From the NCBI GenBank assembly GCA_012518595.1, contig JAAYRV010000004.1:52304-116303 (forward strand): a stretch of 64,000 nt of DNA, written 5' to 3'. A model generated the notes under the pieces. The model was not told the origin of the DNA. It worked only from the letters and a program-made list of their open reading frames with translations, and made no database searches. This DNA comes from Bacillota bacterium. GTDB lineage: Bacteria; Bacillota; SHA-98; UBA4971. Position numbers and translations under genes: made by a program. Shown one piece after another: positions 8,834-17,475 of this stretch; position 1 is the stretch's first letter; each line of letters begins with the position of its first letter.

Positions 8834-9907
8834 ATGAGGCATCGTATGGATTTACCGGATATGAGATGTATCAGCCCTAAAACGCCGATACTTGTAGCAA
8901 TAAGCGGCGGCGTGGACAGTTCCGTCACTGCTTTACTCCTGAAATCCAAGGGGTTTCACGTAATCGGCGTTACCCTGAAAACGTGGGAGGGCTTTTCTTC
9001 AAAAGATGCCCGGGCTGTAGCGGATTCATTGGATATCCCCTATCACATATTTGATGTTTCAGACCGTTTCCAAAGTGAAATCGTCAGCTACTTGGTGGAC
9101 GAATATGTCCGGGGGCGGACGCCAAATCCGTGTGTCCGATGTAATGCCGAGATTAAGTTCCGTTACCTCCTTGACGCAAGGCACGAGGTTGGAGCCGAAT
9201 ATGTAGCTACAGGCCATTACGCCAGGATATCTATTGACCCTGCCACAGGCAGGTTCTTGCTGAAGAAAGGAAAGGATGACACAAAAGATCAATCATATGT
9301 GCTTTACCGCCTCACCCAACATGACCTTTCTTCCATACTCTTCCCATTAGGCGATCTTACCAAAGATCAAGTTCGAGAAGCTGCATCCAAGGCAGATATC
9401 CCTGTCGCAGGTAAAAGTGAAAGCCAAGAAATATGCTTCCTGGAAGGCACAGACTATCGTGAGTTTCTTTGTTCCTTACCGGGTTTTACAATTGAGCCGG
9501 GCCCGATCTTAGATAGTGACGGGAGGATCGTCGGCGAACACAGGGGATTGCCTTTTTATACAGTTGGCCAAAGAAAAGGCATTGGGATTCCGGGGAGCAA
9601 GAGACTATATGTGACAAAAATTGATGCATCCAGGAATGCAATTATTGTGGGTAAAGAAGAGGATCTGTTTTCCCGCGAACTTGAGGCTTGCGATGTGAAT
9701 TGGATTGCAAATCCGGATCCTCCTCGAAAAATGCATCTAGGTATCAAAATCCGCTACAATGCAAAAGAAGCGCCTGGCTTAGTTTTACCCAAGAGTCAAG
9801 ATATGGCGAAAGTCATTTTCGACAGGCCACAGAGAGCCGTAGCACCTGGACAATCCGCAGTATTCTACGACAACGACGTTATCATAGGAGGCGGAATCAT
9901 CGTCTAA
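8834..9907 (+). CDS. mnmA: tRNA-specific 2-thiouridylase MnmA
   Basis: PP-loop 'VAISGGVDSSV', catalytic Cys residues, 357 aa. Confidence 0.88.
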   Translation: MRHRMDLPDMRCISPKTPILVAISGGVDSSVTALLLKSKGFHVIGVTLKTWEGFSSKDARAVADSLDIPYHIFDVSDRFQSEIVSYLVDEYVRGRTPNPCVRCNAEIKFRYLLDARHEVGAEYVATGHYARISIDPATGRFLLKKGKDDTKDQSYVLYRLTQHDLSSILFPLGDLTKDQVREAASKADIPVAGKSESQEICFLEGTDYREFLCSLPGFTIEPGPILDSDGRIVGEHRGLPFYTVGQRKGIGIPGSKRLYVTKIDASRNAIIVGKEEDLFSRELEACDVNWIANPDPPRKMHLGIKIRYNAKEAPGLVLPKSQDMAKVIFDRPQRAVAPGQSAVFYDNDVIIGGGIIV

Positions 9908-9969
9908 TTTCTTGCCCGGTGGCAATACTAACTGTACTTTTAGACGCGAGTGCTCCGGAGGTGACTCTT

Positions 9970-10230
9970 GTGAATAGATTTTGGAAGACCGTGATTGCAG
10001 GGACTGCAGTAGGTGCCGTAATAGGCGTTTATCTATATGCCAAATCAAAAGAGGATCGTAAGAGACTCATGGCGGAAGACTCCCGGGCTCAGGAAATGGC
10101 AAGCAAAATGGCACTCCGAATCAGAAGGACCACCAATCGATTTGCAAACGAGATCGGGAAAGAAGTAGCGCGCGCAGGCCGAAGTATCAAGACACTGGGA
10201 AATCGCCTTAGCATGGGAGGAGTGGACTAG
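9970..10230 (+). CDS. Small YtxH-like membrane protein (DUF948-type)
   Basis: GTG start with GGAGGTG upstream. The N-terminus has one TM helix 'VIAGTAVGAVIGVYLY', followed by a charged helical tail. The ORF-track entry 9688..10230 runs back into mnmA and is not the real gene. Confidence 0.45.
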   Translation: MNRFWKTVIAGTAVGAVIGVYLYAKSKEDRKRLMAEDSRAQEMASKMALRIRRTTNRFANEIGKEVARAGRSIKTLGNRLSMGGVD

Positions 10231-10292
10231 TTGTAAGTGAACACAAAGAAGAAAACACTCGTTACCGCCCAGGGCGGCCGTGGCTTTTCACT

Positions 10293-11282
10293 GTGTTTCT
10301 GGCAGCTGCTGCTCTGTTTCTTCTATATAGGGTCAGGGGTGTGCTTGCTCCATTCATCTTAGCTTTTGCATTGTCATACCTGATGAACCCGGTTGTCACG
10401 CATTTGGAAAAACGAGGCGCTCCACGCGGTTTAGGAACCCTCGTTATCTACGTAGGGTTCACTCTTGCCATAACACTCTTTGTCCTATACTTAGTCCCAA
10501 AATTCCTGGTTCAGCTGGAGCGCCTCGGTGAAGTCCTTCCTCAACAGGCAGGGAGTATACAGTCTGAGATTGCAGGATTCTACAAAAGGTTCTCAAGATT
10601 CAACATTCCCGAACCTGTAAAAGGCGCAATCGATAACGGAATAGATAGAGCGGAAGAAGCATTAGCAGGCTTTATTGAAAGAACATTGGGTTCTGTTCCC
10701 GGACTTCTGCCAAGATTAAGTCTCCTCATACTCGTTCCTGTACTGGCTTTCTACCTGACTATGGATTTCCCTGAGCTCAAAATGTGGCTCCTTTCATGGA
10801 TACCGGATAGATGGCGCAGTGACATAGTGGGGCTTATGATTGAAATGGACAATAGCCTAGGCTCTTTTATTCGAGGGCAGTTACTGATCTCGGCAATTGT
10901 CGGAGTGCTAATTGCAGTTGGATTATCTATTATCGGCGTGGATTTTGCGCTGATAATCGGGCTCATCGCAGGTATTTTCAACATAGTGCCTTATTTTGGA
11001 CCTGTTATAGGGGCTATTCCGGCAGTCATTTCCGCGCTTCTCAAATCGCCGTTAAGCGCTGTCTATGTTGTGATCCTCTTTATTGTCGTTAACCAGGTGG
11101 AAAGCAGCATCATAAGTCCCAATATCCTCGGTGAGCATGTAGGATTGCATCCTGTAACCGTCATTTTCTGTATAATATCAGGAGGCTATCTCTTTGGAAT
11201 CCTTGGTGTGATCCTGGCGGTGCCGGTTACATCTATTATTAAAGTGACCCTAAGATATATCCATAATAAGCTTTTGCAATAG
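10293..11282 (+). CDS. AI-2E family (PerM/YdiK-like) transporter
   Basis: 329 aa polytopic membrane protein with the typical AI-2E topology and a 'GxxxG'-rich C-terminal half. Confidence 0.8.
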   Translation: MFLAAAALFLLYRVRGVLAPFILAFALSYLMNPVVTHLEKRGAPRGLGTLVIYVGFTLAITLFVLYLVPKFLVQLERLGEVLPQQAGSIQSEIAGFYKRFSRFNIPEPVKGAIDNGIDRAEEALAGFIERTLGSVPGLLPRLSLLILVPVLAFYLTMDFPELKMWLLSWIPDRWRSDIVGLMIEMDNSLGSFIRGQLLISAIVGVLIAVGLSIIGVDFALIIGLIAGIFNIVPYFGPVIGAIPAVISALLKSPLSAVYVVILFIVVNQVESSIISPNILGEHVGLHPVTVIFCIISGGYLFGILGVILAVPVTSIIKVTLRYIHNKLLQ

Positions 11283-11321
11283 AATTCTTCGGCAGCACAC
11301 TCGGAAGCTTCGGGTTTCTCG

Positions 11322-11350
11322 TTGACACCTATTTGGGTACGGGCTATGAT
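11322..11350 (+). promoter_or_regulatory. Sigma-A promoter for alaS with a roughly 150-nt leader
   Basis: TTGACA (11322-11327), a 17-nt spacer, then TATGAT (11345-11350). Confidence 0.45.
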
Positions 11351-11503
11351 ATTAGTATCTTATGGAGAATAGCAATGCCAAGTAAGTTGCCATCAGTGTT
11401 CGCCACTTTTAACAGATAAGATTTGCCCGGAGCAATGCAGCGGCGCAATACTTGAGTAACGCAGTCGCTTTTCTTAAACTACTAGCTTAGGAGGCAATAG
11501 TCG

Positions 11504-14179
11504 GTGCAAGAAGGTTTAGGTGTACGTGCATTTAGTACACGTGAAATTCGAGACATGTTCAGAGATTTCTTTGTCAGCAAGGATCATATTTCCCTGCCGT
11601 CTGCTTCTTTGGTTCCCGGAAACGACCCGACACTTCTTCTTACAGGGGCGGGCATGGTTCCTTTTAAGCCATATTATATGGGCACTGCCACGCCGGAATA
11701 CCTTCGTGCGACAACGTGTCAGAAATGTATAAGGACATTGGACATAGAGAATGTGGGCATGACCTCAAGGCATCTTACATTTTTTGAAATGCTCGGGAAC
11801 TTCTCTTTCGGTGATTACTTTAAGGAAGACGCCATTGTCTGGGCATGGGAGTTTGTCATAAATCACTTGGGCCTGCCCGAAGATAAGCTGTGGATCACTA
11901 TATACTTAGATGATGACGAGGCTTTTGATATTTGGAACAGAGAAATCGGAGTGCCGTCCGAGCGCATAGTCCGACTGGGAAAACCTGACAACTTCTGGGA
12001 AATCGGAGTCGGTCCTTGTGGGCCTTGCTCAGAAATCCATGTTGACCGGGGAGAAGCTTTCGGATGCGGACAACCTGATTGCCGTCTTGGTTGCGATTGT
12101 GACAGGTTCATGGAAATCTGGAACCTTGTTTTTATTCAGTTTTACTGTGATGAGAAAGGAGAGTATCGGCCCCTTGACAGAAAAGGGATCGATACCGGGA
12201 TGGGCCTGGAACGCATTGCAGCAGTCATGCAAGGTGCGCCTACCGTGTTTGACACTGATTCCTTAAAGCCTATTACCAAAGCGATTCTGGATGCTCAGGG
12301 AATAAGCGGGAGGCCGGACGATAAACAGACTGCCTCCTTGAGAATAGTGGCGGACCATGCCCGAGCTGTTTCCTTTCTTATAGCTGACGGGGTTCTTCCT
12401 AGCAATGAAGGTAGAGGATACGTGTTGCGCAGACTGCTCAGGAGAGCAATTCGTCATGGGAGATTGCTCGGCATTCGGAGGCCTTTCATGGTCGAGATGG
12501 CTGATGTGGTGTCGTCCGTGTTTTCTCATGCGTATCCTGAACTTGTCGCAAGAAGAAATCACATTTATAAAGTCATCAGTTCTGAAGAAGAGCGGTTCCT
12601 GGAGCGTCTTGATCAAGGCACAACTATGCTCCATGAAGTAGTAGCGGATTTGGAGAGCCAAGGGTCATTAGTAATCCCCGGGGCCAAAGCGTTCAAGTTG
12701 TATGATACTTATGGGTTTCCTCTTGAGCTTACAAGGGAAATTGCCGGAGAAAGCGGTATGTCCGTGGACGAAGAAGGTTTTAACAAAGCCATGGACGAAC
12801 AGCGAGAGCGTGCCAGAGCTTCCAGACATGGCCTGGGGTACATGGGCGGCCTGTCTACAGCGAAAGCGGAAGCCTTGTCCGGTCTTAATGTCAAGTTCAT
12901 GGGATATGAGGCTTTGGCCGCTGAATCTAACGTAATTGCCATATTCTCTGAAGGCGAACCCGTAGGACATATATCATCAGGTCAAGAGGGCGAGATAGTA
13001 CTTGACCGAACTCCGTTTTACGCTGAAGCCGGAGGGCAAGTAGGGGATGTCGGAATAATTGCCGGTGAAGGCTTTAGCGCACAAGTCAATAATACAATCA
13101 GAATTTCTGATTCTGTGATTTCACATTATGTTACAGTTCTCAAAGGCGATGTCAGCATAGGAGACAGAGCAAAGGCGCAAGTTGACGTAGACGTGAGGTG
13201 CGCCACAGCCAGAAACCATACAGCTACCCATCTCCTCCATGCAGCGCTCAGAAAAGTCCTGGGTGACCATGTCTTACAGGCAGGTTCCTATGTATCAGGT
13301 GACAGACTGAGATTTGACTTCTCTCATCATTCGCAGGTGGATGAGGACGAACTACGCAGGGTCGAAGATATAGTTGCCAAATGGGTTCTTGATGACCTAG
13401 ACGTCAAGGCTGAAACAATGCTTATGTCAGAAGCTGAAAAAATCGGTGCAATAGCCTTATTTGGAGAAAAGTATGGAGACAATGTGAGAGTAGTCAGCAT
13501 TGAACGCGCAGGCTCAGAGCTTTGCGGCGGCACACATGCAGACCGCACAGGCCAAATCGGTCTTGTGAAGATTACGTCAGAAAGCGCTGTCGCATCAGGG
13601 GTGCGTCGTATTGAAGCCATAAGCGGTTACTCTGTTCTCGATTATATAAGGTCCAATGAAGTGATCCTTGACAACACTGCTGACGCTCTGAAGTGTAACC
13701 GTAAGGAGATTCCGGACAAAGTCTTAAGGTTGCAGCAAGATTTGAAGGAGCTGGAGAAGGAAATTGAAAGCCTGACGTTGAAAGCAGCTTCATCTAAAGT
13801 CCACGACCTAATCAGTGAGGCAGCTGAGGTTAATGGCGCCAAAATAGTCATAGGCGGAGTAGACGGCCTGGATGAACATGCTATTCGAGAACTGGCCGAC
13901 AGAATCAGGGGAAGACTGGGGTCAGGGGTGGTGGTATTAGGATCTCGCTTTGATGAGAAAGTGTTATTTGTGGCAATGGTCACAAAAGATTTGATAGATC
14001 AGGGAGTTCGTGCAGGAGATATTGTAAAAGTTGCCGCGAAAATAACCGGTGGGGGAGGCGGGGGAAGACCTGATATGGCGCAGGCAGGAGGCAAAGATGT
14101 ATCAAGACTTGATGAAGCCCTTGGGCAAACCAGGTCTTTCATAGAAAGCCGACTGGTATTAGGTAAAGAGGCGCGCTAG
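11504..14179 (+). CDS. alaS: Alanine--tRNA ligase
   Basis: 891 aa. Editing-domain motifs 'HTATHLLHAAL' and 'CGGTH', plus a C-terminal DHHA1 domain 'GGGGGRPDMAQAGG'. Confidence 0.93.
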   Translation: MQEGLGVRAFSTREIRDMFRDFFVSKDHISLPSASLVPGNDPTLLLTGAGMVPFKPYYMGTATPEYLRATTCQKCIRTLDIENVGMTSRHLTFFEMLGNFSFGDYFKEDAIVWAWEFVINHLGLPEDKLWITIYLDDDEAFDIWNREIGVPSERIVRLGKPDNFWEIGVGPCGPCSEIHVDRGEAFGCGQPDCRLGCDCDRFMEIWNLVFIQFYCDEKGEYRPLDRKGIDTGMGLERIAAVMQGAPTVFDTDSLKPITKAILDAQGISGRPDDKQTASLRIVADHARAVSFLIADGVLPSNEGRGYVLRRLLRRAIRHGRLLGIRRPFMVEMADVVSSVFSHAYPELVARRNHIYKVISSEEERFLERLDQGTTMLHEVVADLESQGSLVIPGAKAFKLYDTYGFPLELTREIAGESGMSVDEEGFNKAMDEQRERARASRHGLGYMGGLSTAKAEALSGLNVKFMGYEALAAESNVIAIFSEGEPVGHISSGQEGEIVLDRTPFYAEAGGQVGDVGIIAGEGFSAQVNNTIRISDSVISHYVTVLKGDVSIGDRAKAQVDVDVRCATARNHTATHLLHAALRKVLGDHVLQAGSYVSGDRLRFDFSHHSQVDEDELRRVEDIVAKWVLDDLDVKAETMLMSEAEKIGAIALFGEKYGDNVRVVSIERAGSELCGGTHADRTGQIGLVKITSESAVASGVRRIEAISGYSVLDYIRSNEVILDNTADALKCNRKEIPDKVLRLQQDLKELEKEIESLTLKAASSKVHDLISEAAEVNGAKIVIGGVDGLDEHAIRELADRIRGRLGSGVVVLGSRFDEKVLFVAMVTKDLIDQGVRAGDIVKVAAKITGGGGGGRPDMAQAGGKDVSRLDEALGQTRSFIESRLVLGKEAR

Positions 14180-14228
14180 TCTTACATGCACACCCCTGTA
14201 AACTTAGCGTCGGGAGCGTGAAGCCACA

Positions 14229-14483
14229 ATGAATGGCTCTTTTGATGAAACCCGGACGTTCCGTATTGTTCCGGAAGATAAAGTCAGTATAAGAGAGGTC
14301 ATGCTTGAAGTAAGCCACGCGTTGAAGGAGAAAGGGTACAATCCTGTGAACCAACTCGTAGGATACCTGATGTCTGGGGATCCTACATATGTTACCAGTC
14401 ACAAAGGTGCCCGAAACCTCATACGAAAACTGGAACGTGATGAAATTTTGGAGGAGCTTATCAGGTACTATCTTGGCATATGA
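14229..14483 (+). CDS. IreB-family regulatory phosphoprotein (UPF0297, YrzL-like)
   Basis: 84 aa, matching YrzL-like proteins. The position after alaS is as in Bacillus. Confidence 0.7.
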   Translation: MNGSFDETRTFRIVPEDKVSIREVMLEVSHALKEKGYNPVNQLVGYLMSGDPTYVTSHKGARNLIRKLERDEILEELIRYYLGI

Positions 14484-15439
14484 GTTACGTTATTGACATG
14501 AGGTTGCTGGGTAGGACAAACATTCCAGTATCCAGGCTTTGCTTCGGAACTCTGACAATAGGGCCTCTTCAGGCGAACCTTTCCGTTTACGAGGGGGCTT
14601 CTCTGGTTCGTACGGCTATTGAAAGAGGCGTAAACTTTCTGGATACAGCCGAGCTATATGGTACATATCCACATATTCGTGAGGCCATCCGAGGCATGAA
14701 TCGTAGTGATGTGGTACTTGCATCTCGATCTTATGATTACACATATGAAAACATGAAGGACTCGGTAGCGCTCGCTCTTGAAGCCATGGACGTCGAATAC
14801 TTGGATCTATTCATGCTCCATGAACAAGAATCAGCGCTGACATTAAGAGGTCATAGGGAGGCTCTTCGCTGTTTAGAAGACGCCCGTGACGCTGGAATAA
14901 TCAGGGCAATCGGGGTGTCGACTCACCATGTTCAGTGTGTAAGAGCAGCTGCTTTTATGCCTGAAATTGACGTTATTCATCCTTTGCTGAATTATTCCGG
15001 GATAGGAATTGCCGACGGTACGGTTTCAGATATGCTCCTGGCAATTGAATTGGCGCACTCTCAAGGGAAAGGAATATATTCTATGAAAGCCATCGGAGGC
15101 GGGGCGTTGCTCCGTGACGTCGAAGGAGCGCTGAAATTCGCTATAGCGCAGCCATGTGTGGATTCAATTGCCGTAGGCATTAAGACCGTTGATGAGCTGG
15201 AGATGGACATAGCGATATTCAGAGGGCTGGAACCTGATAAAGCCCTTCGCGAGAGAACTTGTCTGGACAAGGCATTGATAATTGAACCTTGGTGCGTAGG
15301 CTGCGGCAAATGTGTCGAAAGATGTACTCACGGGGCTCTTAGCATAGTTCATGGCCGCGCTGTTGTTGACGGGGCAAGATGTGTGCTGTGCGGTTATTGC
15401 CAGGCAGTCTGTCCTGAGGTATGTATGAAGGTGGTTTAG
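14480..15439 (+). CDS. Aldo/keto reductase fused to a C-terminal 2x[4Fe-4S] ferredoxin domain
   Basis: AKR fold '[11 protein letters not shown]', followed by two CxxCxxCxxxCP motifs '[11 protein letters not shown]' and '[13 protein letters not shown]'. The start overlaps the stop of the previous gene (ATGA). Confidence 0.7.
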   Translation: MSYVIDMRLLGRTNIPVSRLCFGTLTIGPLQANLSVYEGASLVRTAIERGVNFLDTAELYGTYPHIREAIRGMNRSDVVLASRSYDYTYENMKDSVALALEAMDVEYLDLFMLHEQESALTLRGHREALRCLEDARDAGIIRAIGVSTHHVQCVRAAAFMPEIDVIHPLLNYSGIGIADGTVSDMLLAIELAHSQGKGIYSMKAIGGGALLRDVEGALKFAIAQPCVDSIAVGIKTVDELEMDIAIFRGLEPDKALRERTCLDKALIIEPWCVGCGKCVERCTHGALSIVHGRAVVDGARCVLCGYCQAVCPEVCMKVV

Positions 15440-15444
15440 CCTAT

Positions 15445-15954
15445 ATGAGAGTAATGGGCCTTGATGTTGGCTCGAAAACCATAGGAATTGCGATTTCTGA
15501 CCCTGACCGCATTGTCAGCCAGCCATTTGCGGTAATCAAGAGGGCCGGGTGCAAACATGACATTGATCAATTATGCCAAGTCGTAGATGAAAAAGAGGTA
15601 TCTCTCATAGTTGTAGGCCTGCCAAAGCGTACGGACGGGTCATTAGGTAAAAGCGCCATGCAAGTCATGGAATTCATTAAAGTGCTGGAGAAGCATGTAT
15701 CCGTACCTTTGGTCACGTGGGATGAGAGATTCTCGACAAACGCTGCTGAGCGGGCTCTGATTTTTCAGGATGTGTCTCGACAGAAGCGAAAAGGTGTGAT
15801 AGACTCAGTTGCTGCTGCAATAATCCTCGATGGTTATTTGGACCATCTAAGGCAGCGGCGTGATATTTCTTCAGGCTGCGAATCAAAGGGCTTTTCTATG
15901 GAAAACATAGCGGGGAATAGAATAGCAGGGAAAAAGACTAAACCGGAAGAATAA
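15445..15954 (+). CDS. ruvX: Holliday-junction resolvase-like RuvX/YqgF with a C-terminal extension
   Basis: 'MRVMGLDVGSKTIGIAISD' with the catalytic Asp. AAGGTGG RBS. About 30 residues longer at the C-terminus than typical. Confidence 0.8.
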   Translation: MRVMGLDVGSKTIGIAISDPDRIVSQPFAVIKRAGCKHDIDQLCQVVDEKEVSLIVVGLPKRTDGSLGKSAMQVMEFIKVLEKHVSVPLVTWDERFSTNAAERALIFQDVSRQKRKGVIDSVAAAIILDGYLDHLRQRRDISSGCESKGFSMENIAGNRIAGKKTKPEE

Positions 15955-15980
15955 ACCCAGTGTCATGATAAGGAAGTGGG

Positions 15981-16358
15981 GTGCTGAAAATGCCCGAGTT
16001 GGACGAGATTGTTACATTGATTTACGACGATGGGGAACAGGAGACCTTTACTGTTGAAGAAATCCTTGAAGTAGACGGGAAGACTTATGTAGTTCTTATT
16101 CCGGAAGAGGTTGATGTTGAATCCGCTGATGACATGGAAGTTGACGCTTTCATTTTCAAAGTGGAGGAAAAGGAAGACGGAGAAGAAGTCCTTGTCGAAC
16201 TCGATGATGAGGAATACGAGAAAATAACTGAAGTGCTCTGCCAAGAAGACGATGATGACGACTTTGATTTTGATGAAGATCTTGACGACGAGTTTGATGA
16301 CGATGACGACTTTGATTTTGATGAAAATCTCGATGAGGATCCGGATGATGAGGAATAG
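15981..16358 (+). CDS. DUF1292 (YrzB-like) protein with a long poly-acidic Asp/Glu/Phe repeat tail
   Basis: N-terminus 'IVTLIYDDGEQETFTVEEILEVDGKTYVVLIPEE'. The C-terminal 60 residues are D/E-rich with 'DDDDDFDFDE(D/N)LD' repeated. Confidence 0.7.
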   Translation: MLKMPELDEIVTLIYDDGEQETFTVEEILEVDGKTYVVLIPEEVDVESADDMEVDAFIFKVEEKEDGEEVLVELDDEEYEKITEVLCQEDDDDDFDFDEDLDDEFDDDDDFDFDENLDEDPDDEE

Positions 16359-17414
16359 ATGCCGGTGAGAGGTGAACTCGGTTCCACAAGACCTCAAAAA
16401 AGCACCATAACATGGCGGGGCCATGAAGCAAGAATTTCACTTGGTATTGTCATATGTCTTATTTTTTGGGTCGTTTTTCTTCTGCTTCCTTATGGCCCCG
16501 CCCATGAGACCGTCGTTTCCATAGATCCGGGAATGACTTCAAGGGAAATTGCGAAGATCCTAAATGAGGCGGAGCTCATTCAATCACCTATTCTGTTTCA
16601 GGCGATAACTAAGCTTGCCAGGGTCGACAACAAGCTTAAGGCGGGCACATATAAGCTCAGCCCGGGGATGGGAACTGTTGGTATTGTGAGGGCCTTAGCC
16701 CAAGGTAAAGTCGAGCTCATACGATTCACGATTCCGGAAGGGATTTCCATAAGAGAGCTCGCCGACCTCCTCGAGGCGAAAGGTCTTGTGTCAAAAGAGC
16801 GTTTTCTTTATTTGGCTACCGGGGAAGATCAGGATTTCAAAGTAGTGGGAGGAGACATGGAGTTCTCCGGTAATCTTGAAGGCTATCTGTTTCCCGACAC
16901 ATATGCGGCGGAAGCCGGCATTACTGAAGAAGCCATTATTTCCATGATGGTCAGGGAGTTCGCGCAGACTGTCCTACCGGAATGGGCCGAGAACGATGTG
17001 GATGAGAGAGCAAGGGCTCTGGGCCTCCACGGAGTCATTACTCTTGCTTCCATAATAGAGAAGGAAGCAAAATTGCCTGAAGACAGGCCATTGGTAGCCT
17101 CTGTATTCTATAATAGGTTAAATCTCAATATGCCGCTGCAATCGTGTGCTACGGTTCAGTTCGCACTTGGCTCCTGGAAGATGCGACTCTCCCTTGATGA
17201 CCTTAAGATAGATTCTCCGTATAATACTTACATCATTTCGGGACTCCCCCCTGGCCCTATAGCATGTCCCGGGTTGTCCTCAGTGCGTGCAGCACTCGAA
17301 CCCGCTGATTCAGATTATCTTTTCTTTGCCGCGAATCAAAAAGGCGGGCACGTTTTCAGCAAGACGTTCAAAGAGCACCAAAAAGCTATCGCACAAGTAC
17401 AGGTACGCGACTAG
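16359..17414 (+). CDS. mltG: Endolytic murein transglycosylase MltG (YceG-like)
   Basis: N-terminal TM helix, YceG-domain motifs, and the conserved position after the DUF1292 gene. Confidence 0.8.
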   Translation: MPVRGELGSTRPQKSTITWRGHEARISLGIVICLIFWVVFLLLPYGPAHETVVSIDPGMTSREIAKILNEAELIQSPILFQAITKLARVDNKLKAGTYKLSPGMGTVGIVRALAQGKVELIRFTIPEGISIRELADLLEAKGLVSKERFLYLATGEDQDFKVVGGDMEFSGNLEGYLFPDTYAAEAGITEEAIISMMVREFAQTVLPEWAENDVDERARALGLHGVITLASIIEKEAKLPEDRPLVASVFYNRLNLNMPLQSCATVQFALGSWKMRLSLDDLKIDSPYNTYIISGLPPGPIACPGLSSVRAALEPADSDYLFFAANQKGGHVFSKTFKEHQKAIAQVQVRD

Positions 17415-17475
17415 ACCATCAGAGTTCGAGGAAGGCTACAGTTGTGAATTACTGTGACTCCGGAGGGCTGTCCCT

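Noticed and set aside
9688-10230. The 180-aa ORF as given in the track
   Set aside because: Its first 94 codons overlap the 3' end of mnmA in another frame and encode low-complexity Ser/Arg-rich sequence. The real gene is the 87-codon YtxH-like ORF starting at GTG 9970 behind a GGAGGTG RBS.
11283-11503. Possible T-box riboswitch upstream of alaS
   Set aside because: I could not find the T-box consensus (AGGGUGGNACCGCG) or a specifier-loop arrangement. The leader (about 150 nt) is also shorter than typical T-boxes.
16085-16440. Minus-strand ORFs 16085..16387 (Ser-rich) and 16156..16440 (His/Arg-rich) antisense to the DUF1292 acidic tail
   Set aside because: Low-complexity translations of the complement of a GAx/GAT-repeat region. 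There is no RBS, and the sense-strand gene is well supported.
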